Below, in pieces: positions 18,721 to 27,500 of a stretch of DNA of 64,000 nt. How positions within the stretch are numbered: the first letter of the stretch is position 1; the number at the start of each line of letters is the position of its first letter. The notes under the pieces were generated by a model. The model was not told the DNA's origin, ran no database searches, and saw nothing but the letters and a program-made list of their open reading frames with translations. A program made the position numbers and the translations under genes. Source of the stretch: a virus (taxonomy: Duplodnaviria; Caudoviricetes); the IMG/VR virus record IMGVR_UViG_3300027804_000038, positions 128,001-192,000 of that record, one strand, 5' to 3'.

Positions 18721-21153
18721 ATGATGTCACTAAGAATTAAAAAACGTAGCGGTGAAGACGCTTCCTTTAACCCGCAGAAAATTTATAATAGAATTAAGAG
18801 AGCCTCAAAAGGTCTTAACGTTAATTCTGATGAAATTTTTATTAAAGTAATAACCTCAGTACCAACTGAAGGTGTAATAACTACAAAAGAATTAGATAAG
18901 TTAATTTATGAAATTGCCGCGGCATTTACAGGTAGTCATCATGATTATTCTAGACTAGCTTCCTCAGTCGCTATCTCATCTTATCATAAAGAAACAGACT
19001 CAAGTTTCTCAAATGTAATGCATACTTTACATGTTGACGGAATCATTAATGATAAGTTAATGGAGATAATTGAAAACTATGGTCCGTCAAATATTGATAA
19101 TATTATTAATCATGATAATGACTATAACTTTGATTATTTTGCTTGGCGTTCATTACAAGAGATGTATCTTTTAAAATTACCAAATGGTAAAGTAGTTGAA
19201 AGACCCCAACACATGTATATGCGTGTCGCTCTTTGGATTACAAAATCATTTGAGGAGGCAGTTGAATATTATACTGCGTTATCTGAACAAAGAATTTCTC
19301 CCGCAACACCAATAATGATTAATGCGGGAACAAAAGTTCCACAGTTAGCTTCTTGTGTTTTAAAATATAATGATGAAGATTCTCGTAAAGGTCTATTAGA
19401 TACTATGAGAGATATATCTACTTACTCTTCAGATGCCGCAGGTATTGGACTTTGCATGTCAAATATTCGTAGTAAAGAAAGTAGAATTAATTCATCAGGT
19501 GGATTTGCAGGTGGTTTATTAAAGTATTTGAAGATTGTTAACGAGTCACTTCGTTTCTTTAATCAACAAGGTCGTAGACCAGGTTCTGCGGCAATCTATT
19601 TGGAACCTTGGCATAAAGATATCTTTGATTTGTTAGATATTAAAAAGAACACAGGTGCTGAGGAATTAAGAGCTCGTGATTTGTTTACCGCACTTTGGAT
19701 TCCCGATAATTTCATGAGAGCGGTTAAGAATAATGAAGATTGGTATTTGTTCTGTCCTAATGATATTAAGAAATCTGGTATTAAAGCATTACAAGAGTGT
19801 TATGGGGATGAATACGAATCTAACTACAATAAGGCTGTTGAATTAGGTATCGGTAAAAAAGTTAAGGCTCAAGAAATTTGGAATAAAATTATTGAATCTC
19901 AGATTGAAACAGGAGTTCCTTACTTATGTTCTAAAGATAATGCTAACAAAAAGACCAACCATCAAAATATAGGTGTAATCAAACAATCAAATCTTTGTAA
20001 TGAGATTTACCAATATACTGACGAAGATACTACTGCAATCTGCACATTATCATCTATGGTATTAAAAAACTTTGTTAAGGATGGAGAGTTTGACCACAAA
20101 TTACTATATGAAGAAACTCGTAAAGTAGTTAGAGCGTTAAATAAAGTTGTTGATATTAACAACTACTCAACAGAAAAAGGATTGAAAGGTGGATTAGCTC
20201 AAAGAGCAATTGCTATTGGAACTCAAGGACTTGCGGACGTATTTTATTTGATGGATTATATCTTCACATCTGATGAAGCTCGTAAGTTGAACAAAGACAT
20301 TTTTGAAACAATTTATTTCGCAGCAATCACTGAAAGTAATAAATTGTGTATTGATGGATTATACCAACCGTACTCTCACTTTGAAGGGTCACCAATGTCA
20401 CAAGGAGTATTCCAATTTGATATGTGGGGATTGAAAGAAGATGAGTTATCAGGAAGATGGCCTTGGGGAATTCTTAAACAAAATGTTAGTAAGTATGGTG
20501 TTTGTAACTCATTATTCACGGCTCAAATGCCTGTTGCATCTTCAGCTAAGATTACAGGGTCATATGAAATGACTGAACCAGCTCACTCAGCTATTTTTAA
20601 CAGACGTGTGGTTGGTGGTGAGATTATGATTGTTAACAAATACTTGATTAACGACTTTGAAAAAATTGGAATTTGGTGTGAGGATTTGAAGAACGAAATC
20701 ATTATGAACGAAGGTTCAATCCAAAACATCAACTTCAATAACTACCTTGACCAAGAAGATAAGAAGTACAATTCAAAAGTTAAAAGAATTGAACACTTGA
20801 TTAACAAGTATAAAACAATTTGGGAAATCTCACAAAAGTCATTGATTGAAATGGCCGCAGACAGAGCTCCGTTTATTGACCAATCACAATCAATGAATAT
20901 CTATATGGGTAACCCAACATTGTCAAAGATTTCATCATCACATTTTTACGGATGGGAAAAGGGATTAAAAACACTTTGTTATTATGTTAGAACAAAGGCA
21001 ATCTCAACAGGAGCGAAACATTTGGCGGTTGACATCTCAAAAGTACAAAAACCAAATCCAACACCTGAACCACCAAAGGTAGATTACTCTTATATGAATT
21101 TACCTCCAAAACCTGAAAATAGTGAATTTGATTGTTTTGGATGTTCATCTTAA
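18721..21153 (+). CDS. nrdA: ribonucleotide reductase class I alpha subunit with N-terminal ATP cone
   Basis: IKKRSG ATP cone, ERPQHMYMRVA, QLASC, SNLCNEI, CTLSS, YYVRT, C-terminal CFGC. Confidence 0.97.
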   Translation: MMSLRIKKRSGEDASFNPQKIYNRIKRASKGLNVNSDEIFIKVITSVPTEGVITTKELDKLIYEIAAAFTGSHHDYSRLASSVAISSYHKETDSSFSNVMHTLHVDGIINDKLMEIIENYGPSNIDNIINHDNDYNFDYFAWRSLQEMYLLKLPNGKVVERPQHMYMRVALWITKSFEEAVEYYTALSEQRISPATPIMINAGTKVPQLASCVLKYNDEDSRKGLLDTMRDISTYSSDAAGIGLCMSNIRSKESRINSSGGFAGGLLKYLKIVNESLRFFNQQGRRPGSAAIYLEPWHKDIFDLLDIKKNTGAEELRARDLFTALWIPDNFMRAVKNNEDWYLFCPNDIKKSGIKALQECYGDEYESNYNKAVELGIGKKVKAQEIWNKIIESQIETGVPYLCSKDNANKKTNHQNIGVIKQSNLCNEIYQYTDEDTTAICTLSSMVLKNFVKDGEFDHKLLYEETRKVVRALNKVVDINNYSTEKGLKGGLAQRAIAIGTQGLADVFYLMDYIFTSDEARKLNKDIFETIYFAAITESNKLCIDGLYQPYSHFEGSPMSQGVFQFDMWGLKEDELSGRWPWGILKQNVSKYGVCNSLFTAQMPVASSAKITGSYEMTEPAHSAIFNRRVVGGEIMIVNKYLINDFEKIGIWCEDLKNEIIMNEGSIQNINFNNYLDQEDKKYNSKVKRIEHLINKYKTIWEISQKSLIEMAADRAPFIDQSQSMNIYMGNPTLSKISSSHFYGWEKGLKTLCYYVRTKAISTGAKHLAVDISKVQKPNPTPEPPKVDYSYMNLPPKPENSEFDCFGCSS

Positions 21154-21168
21154 AATATCCGATGTGTT

Positions 21169-21193
21169 ATCCCGAGCTAGGTCGGGGTTTTTT
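21169..21193 (+). terminator. rho-independent terminator after nrdA
   Basis: CCCGA-GCTAGG-TCGGG stem-loop followed by a T run. Confidence 0.7.
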
Positions 21194-21203
21194 ATTTTTA
21201 AGG

Positions 21204-21211
21204 TATTTATA
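21204..21211 (+). promoter_or_regulatory. putative late promoter TATTTATA
   Basis: Octamer immediately after the nrdA terminator and 7 nt before the ATG at 21219. Confidence 0.55.
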
Positions 21212-21218
21212 TGTTACC

Positions 21219-21998
21219 ATGGACAATTTAATTAGAGAAGAAATAGAAAAAATAAAAAAAATTATGATTTCAGAAGAACTGGTTCAAAAAAATGGATACA
21301 GCTCTTTAAAAGAAACCATTGATATTTTATCAAAAAAAAATAAAGTATTATTATTAAGTTGTTCCAATAGATTTAATTGGGATGAAGATAATATTGATGT
21401 ACCTAAATCTAAAATATTAGCATCATATATTAATGAAGAATTAAAAGACAATTCTGTTTTAATTGACATTACTGAATTAAAAATTTTCCCATGTGAAGGT
21501 AATGTTTCCAGAAAAGATGGTAATAGTTGTGGTATTATGAAATCATTATTAAAAGATGATAAAAAAAATCCATCAGGATACCATAGATGTTGGGCTAGTT
21601 TAAATAATAAAACAGATGAACTTTGGAAAATTTCTAAAGAACTTTTTGAGTCTGACACAGTGATTTTTTTTAGTTCAGTTAGATGGGGTCAAACAAATAT
21701 GTACTACCAAAATCTAATTGAAAGATTAACTTGGATTGAAAATAGACATGCGTCATTAGGTGAAAAAAATATTGTAGAAAATATTGAAAGTGGTTTCATA
21801 TGTGTGGGACAAAATTGGAACGGAGAAAACGTAACAGATACCCAAAAACAAGTTCATGAATTTTATGGGTTCAAACCGAATAATAAATTATATTGGAATT
21901 GGCAATACACCAAAGACAAAAACGATGAAACTTTAAAATCCTATAAAGAAAGTTATAAAAAATTCTATAAAGATTTCAAAATAGATGAAGAAGACTGA
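21219..21998 (+). CDS. flavodoxin-fold NAD(P)H-dependent FMN reductase / iron-sulfur-flavoprotein-like protein
   Basis: VLLLSCSNR, KIFPCEGNVS...CG...HRCW, SDTVIFFSSVRWGQTNMYYQNLIERL, GFICVGQNW. Start moved from 21132 to 21219 because the longer frame overlaps nrdA and its terminator. Confidence 0.75.
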   Translation: MDNLIREEIEKIKKIMISEELVQKNGYSSLKETIDILSKKNKVLLLSCSNRFNWDEDNIDVPKSKILASYINEELKDNSVLIDITELKIFPCEGNVSRKDGNSCGIMKSLLKDDKKNPSGYHRCWASLNNKTDELWKISKELFESDTVIFFSSVRWGQTNMYYQNLIERLTWIENRHASLGEKNIVENIESGFICVGQNWNGENVTDTQKQVHEFYGFKPNNKLYWNWQYTKDKNDETLKSYKESYKKFYKDFKIDEED

Positions 21999-22161
21999 TA
22001 TCGGGTATTTCAAATACGAAAGTAGTATACCAAAAAAACTTACTGAAATACCTTATTATCCAATTAATGATATTATACTTAATAGTTTAGAACACATCAA
22101 ATATGAGTTTGAAAATAATGTACAAAAAAAAATAAATGGGAAATTAGTGGTTTTGATTTAA
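21985..22161 (+). CDS. small hypothetical protein (58 aa; MKKTDIGYFKYESSIPKKLTE...), not in the ORF track
   Basis: Read manually: ATG at 21985, TAA at 22159-22161, no internal stops. Exactly fills the gap between the flavodoxin gene and gp25. Confidence 0.5.
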   Translation: MKKTDIGYFKYESSIPKKLTEIPYYPINDIILNSLEHIKYEFENNVQKKINGKLVVLI

Positions 22162-22177
22162 TAACTATTTATTTAAT

Positions 22178-22639
22178 ATGGCTAACGGTAAAACATATGG
22201 TATTAATTTCCCATTTAGAGATTCTTTTAATGGGAAATATCTTGATTTATCTGACTACGCTAATGAGGAGATAAGAAGTGATTTAATTCATTTATTATTG
22301 ACTAGAAAGGGGGCGAGATATTTTTTACCTGATTTTGGAACAAGATTATATGAATATATTTTTGAACCATTAGATGGACCGACATTCAACGAAATCGAGG
22401 CAGAAATTAGAGATTCTGTTGAAAAGTACATTCCTAATTTATTAGTTAATTCTATTAATGTTTTTGCAGCAACAGATGAAGAAGGGACTGATGTCGTAAC
22501 TACCGAGGGTAATGTTGATACTAGAACTTATAATTTACCTGGAAGAGCTGAAAGAGAATACACCGCTAAAGTTAGAATTGAATATACTATTACAAATGAT
22601 GTATTTAATTCTAAAGATTTTGTAATTATTAATATATAA
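22178..22639 (+). CDS. baseplate wedge subunit, T4 gp25-like
   Basis: IRSDLIHLLLTRKGARYFLPDFGTRLYEYIFEPLD...IEAEIRDSVEKYIP. Preceded by TATTTATT (22166-22173). Confidence 0.9.
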   Translation: MANGKTYGINFPFRDSFNGKYLDLSDYANEEIRSDLIHLLLTRKGARYFLPDFGTRLYEYIFEPLDGPTFNEIEAEIRDSVEKYIPNLLVNSINVFAATDEEGTDVVTTEGNVDTRTYNLPGRAEREYTAKVRIEYTITNDVFNSKDFVIINI

Positions 22640-22640
22640 G

Positions 22641-24479
22641 ATGGCAAACAAACAGATTTCATATACAACTCGTGATTTTGAAAACATTCGAGAAGAATTA
22701 GTAAATTATACTAAAACTTACTATCCTGAACTTATAGGTAATTTTAATGACGCTGCGATATTCAGTGTATTCATGGATTTAAATGCTGCGGTTACTGATA
22801 ACCTACATTTTCATATTGATAGGGCGATTCAAGAAACAGTATTGCAATACGCTCAACAAAGGTCTTCAATATACAATATTGCGAGAACGTACGGGTTAAA
22901 AATACCAGGTTTAAGACCTTCAGTTGCTTTAGTTGATTTTTCTATAACAGTGCCACCATTTGGAGATAAAGAAGATTTAAGATATTGTGGTATTTTAAGA
23001 AGAGGAAGTCAAGTCCAAGGTTCAGGGCAAGTATTTGAAGCGGCGTATGACATTGATTTTGCGTCACCATTTAATAATGAAGGTTACCCAAATAGATTAA
23101 AAATACCTAATTATAATGCGAGTAATCAAATTATTAATTACACTATAGTTAAAAGAGAACCTGTAATTAATGGAGTTACGAAGGTTTTTAGAAAAACAAT
23201 AACTAATGCGGAATCTAGACCTTTTTTTGAAATATTTTTACCTGAAAAAAATGTGTTAGGCGTAACTAGTGTTCTTCTTAAAGATGGTACTAATTATTCT
23301 AATGTACCCTCGGCTCAAGAATTTTTAGGTGTTGCAAATAAATGGTATGAAGTACAAGCTTTGGCTGAGGATAGAATTTTTATAGAAGACCCTACTAAAA
23401 CTTCAGACACGCCAGGAGTTAAAGTTGGTAAATATATTCAGACTAATACTAGATTTATAACTGAGTATACTCCAGAAGGGTTTATGAAATTAACTTTTGG
23501 TGGGGGTAATACATCTACAGATGAATTATTAAGAGAGTTTGCAAGAAATGGAACACCGTTAGACTTATCAAAATACCAAAATAATTTCTCATTAGGGTCA
23601 ACATTAAAGGCTAATTCAACACTGTTTATTCAGTATAGAGTCGGAGGAGGTTTAGGGACTAATTTAGGTATTAACACATTGAATCAAATTGGAACTATAA
23701 ATTTTAATGTTAATGGACCCTCACAAACTATTAATACAAGTGTAATAACATCATTAAATTGTAATAACGTAACTGCCGCAGTTGGAGGCTCTAACGCACC
23801 GACAACAGAAGAAGTTAGAAATTATGTTACATTTAATTTTGCCGCTCAAAATAGAGCGGTTACAGTTAGTGACTACGAAGCATTAATACGTAAAATGCCC
23901 TCACAATTCGGAGCTCCTGCAAAAGTGGCAATTACTGAAGAAGATAATAAGATTAAAATTAATATATTGTCTTATGATATTAATGGTAAATTAACACCAT
24001 TAGTTTCAAATACCCTTAAAAGTAATTTGGCTAATTATTTGTCAAACTATAGAATGATGAATGATTACATATTCATATCAAGTGCTAGTGTTATTGACTT
24101 ATCATTCCAAATATATGTTACTTTAGACGCTACTCAAAATCAGGGGGCGGTAATTTCAAATATAATTACTAGAGTATCCAATTATATGAATCCTGTTAAT
24201 CGTGAGATGGGACAAAATGTTAATGTTGCTGAAATAAGACAATTAATACAAAGTGAAAATGGAGTAATAACATTATCAAAGATTGATGTGTTTAACAAGG
24301 TTGGAGGATTATATTCTTCATCTGAAACTTCACAATCATATTCTGACTCTGCAACCAAACAAATAGGGTTAATTAATGAGACTATTTTTGCTGAACCAAG
24401 TCAGATATATCAAGTAAGATTTCCTCAAAATGACATAACTGTAAGTGTGCTTAACTTACAAACTGTTAACTTCTCATAA
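22641..24479 (+). CDS. baseplate wedge subunit, T4 gp6/baseplate J-like
   Basis: RDFENIREEL...AAVTDNLHFHIDRAIQET.LQYAQQRSSIYNIARTYG; QNRAVTVSDYEAL; follows gp25. Confidence 0.88.
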   Translation: MANKQISYTTRDFENIREELVNYTKTYYPELIGNFNDAAIFSVFMDLNAAVTDNLHFHIDRAIQETVLQYAQQRSSIYNIARTYGLKIPGLRPSVALVDFSITVPPFGDKEDLRYCGILRRGSQVQGSGQVFEAAYDIDFASPFNNEGYPNRLKIPNYNASNQIINYTIVKREPVINGVTKVFRKTITNAESRPFFEIFLPEKNVLGVTSVLLKDGTNYSNVPSAQEFLGVANKWYEVQALAEDRIFIEDPTKTSDTPGVKVGKYIQTNTRFITEYTPEGFMKLTFGGGNTSTDELLREFARNGTPLDLSKYQNNFSLGSTLKANSTLFIQYRVGGGLGTNLGINTLNQIGTINFNVNGPSQTINTSVITSLNCNNVTAAVGGSNAPTTEEVRNYVTFNFAAQNRAVTVSDYEALIRKMPSQFGAPAKVAITEEDNKIKINILSYDINGKLTPLVSNTLKSNLANYLSNYRMMNDYIFISSASVIDLSFQIYVTLDATQNQGAVISNIITRVSNYMNPVNREMGQNVNVAEIRQLIQSENGVITLSKIDVFNKVGGLYSSSETSQSYSDSATKQIGLINETIFAEPSQIYQVRFPQNDITVSVLNLQTVNFS

Positions 24480-24543
24480 TATAGTTAAGTCTTATCATTT
24501 ATTTTTTAAAAATAGTGAGTAAACTATTTATTAAAAAAAATAT

Positions 24544-27500
24544 ATGTCAAATTCTTATAGGATTAGAACTGAAGTTGGTGTTGATAAGTACCTACAAGTT
24601 AAATTAGAACAAGATTATGACCAACTTGATATATTATCGTTTTCTATTTTTCCAAACGATGTTTATACAAGGAATTGTCCTGATTTTGGAGTAGTTTGCG
24701 GTAGGGTATTTTGTAACAAAGGATTTGGTTTACCAAATGCTAAAGTTGCAATTTTTATACCTATATCAGATGAAGATGAATTAAATCCAATAATCTCTAC
24801 TCTATACCCTTATAAGAGTTTTGAAGATTTAAATGAAGATGGTTATAAGTATAATTTATTACCGTACACTAAATCACACTCTGGTCACGTTCCTGTTGGT
24901 ACATTTCCTGAGAGAGAAGACGTATTATTAGATTCTTCAGTAATTGAGGTTTATGACAAATACTATAAGTTTACTGTAAAGACAAATGATTCAGGTGACT
25001 TCATGATTTTTGGGGTACCTGTTGGTCAGCATAACTTATTTATGCAGATTGATTTATCTGATATTGGGGAATTTTCTTTAACCCCACAAGATTTAATTAG
25101 AATTGGAAGAGCAACTGAAAGTCAAGTTAATGGTGCTTCTTTTAAGTTTTCTGAAAATTATAGTGAGTTACCACAAATTGTAACATTACAAAAAATAATA
25201 CAAGTTGCCCCTTTTTATGGTCAACCTGATATCTGTGATTACTATATAGTTAGAGCGGACTTCGATTTAACAACAGAGTCTTCAATTACTCTTGAACCTA
25301 CAGCAGTGTTCATGGGGTCCCTAATTTCGACTAATGACAGAAAGAAAATAAAAAGGACTTGTAAAACACCTGCTAAAGCTGGTTGGTTATGTGATTTAAT
25401 TACAGGTCCAGGTCAAATAGAAACTATTAGACAAACAGTTGATTCTGATGTAGATGGAAGACCAGTACTTGAAGACTTTAGATTAGAAAATGACGGTAAA
25501 ATAATTGATGATAATGGAACATGGGTTGTTGAAGTCCCAATGAACTTAGAATATGTGTATACGGATGAATACGGCAATAGGTTAGTTTCAAATGACCCAA
25601 CAGTAGGAGTACCGACAAAAGGTAAGTATAGATTTAAAATAAAATGGCAACAATCCCCAAAACTCTCAGAGGAAAATAAAAGAGGATATTTTTTAGTTCC
25701 AAATATTAAAGAGTATGGTTGGGAATCATCTAGTAATGACCCATCTAACCAAAGTATTGCTAGTGGTAGTATTACTTTAAACCATAATTCTGACCCACAA
25801 GAATTAGTATTTGGTGCGCAATTTAATGATAATGCGATTAATATTAATAATTCCCAAAACGTACAAAGTTATGAAATTTTGGTTAATGACGTTGTAGTAC
25901 CTGAATATCAAACAACAATACCAATATGTAATTTAGATAGTGGTGACATTGTAAAGATAAGATACACATTAACCGATACATCTGTTGATGGTGAATTATT
26001 TGTTACTATTTTAACAGAAAGTCAATGGTTACAACAATGTTCATACGCTTATAGTTTAAGTTGGGAAGATTATGGTAATGACTTAATGGTTAATGAAGCC
26101 ATTAACTGTGAGGATAGATTTTTTGAATTACAATATAATAAAGTTTACACCGTTTCACAATTATTAGATAGGGTAACTAGACAGAAATTTCCATATGCCC
26201 CACAAAAATCTATACAAATTAAACACATCACAGATTCAAAGTGTGAGGGAGATTACAACCCATTCCCAACTAATGACGCTTATTTTAGATATGATTTTAT
26301 TTATCTTGCATTAACATTAATTCTCACAATTTTAAAATTTGTTCTTGTACCTCTTGTAGTTATAGTACACGTTTTGGCTTTTTTATGGCCAATATTTGCA
26401 ATTATTATAATCGTTATTAGTGTAATTGCGAACATCGTAATAGCTATTTGTAATGGTATAAATAGTGTTGCTGGATTATTAGGGTTAAGTTTTGATTGCC
26501 CATCACCGATACCAATTGATAGTGAAATATTTAGTAATAATCCTTTTAAGAATATAAAATTACCTTTATTTTTATATACTGAAGATGGATGTGAAAGATG
26601 CAGATGTAATATTGATGGTGTTGATGTTAGTGATAACGCATATTCCGACAGTTTAAGTCAATGGACTGCTCAAAATTCATTACAAAATACTTCTAATCTT
26701 ATTGATTTTACTTCATTGAATAGTTACGGAAATGTTAATTATATACAATCTGTTTTGTTGGCTGGGTCTAATGACCCTGATAGACCTTGTATTGATAGAG
26801 TTCCTTATTATAATAATAATAGTGCAACATATTATATATCATCAAGTTTACCTATTGCGGAAAGATTAAATTTATTTAATACTAAGGCTAAGTATTTTGA
26901 TAATACTAATAGTAATTTAAGTCCTGGAAATACAGGATGGAATCAAATAAAAGTTACTTGGTTTCCTGAAGCTAACGGTAATTTAAATCACTTTGACAAT
27001 ACATTAGTATTGTTAATCGAAACTACAGGATTTAGTAGAGGTGATATTATATCTTTCCAAAATCCTGCTATGTCAAATGATATTAACGCTAATAATATAA
27101 CAGGTGCAACATCAATACCCGAAACGATAACTGTTAGATATGCTAACCCTGTTTTTGGCTTAGGTGAATCCCAAGTTACGTACGCGATGCCTTGGTATAG
27201 CGAAGAACAAAGAGAATTAACTAGAACTACGTGTTTTAAGGCGGATATTGAGTATTTCCAAGTACTTGATATAGTTGACTTTGATACTTATAAATCAAAC
27301 GCTAATCCACTTTCGAATAATGATAATCGATTTTCATTACCTTGGAGATTTTTAGATTCCTCACATATTTTTAATGGAGATGTTGGGGTTAATGGAACCT
27401 CTAGTTGGGGATTTGATAACTCAATGGCATATTTTACTGAAAGTACAGAAAATGCCAATGCCGCTATAGAAGCTTGTAGATATGGGGTATTCCATAAATA

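Noticed and set aside
13878-21153. Inteins or introns in recA, dnaB, nrdA or nrdB
   Set aside because: The proteins are of normal length with contiguous catalytic motifs and no homing-endonuclease or splicing motifs.
21132-21218. N-terminal extension of the flavodoxin ORF given in the track
   Set aside because: It overlaps the nrdA stop, the terminator and the late motif; ATG 21219 is more plausible.
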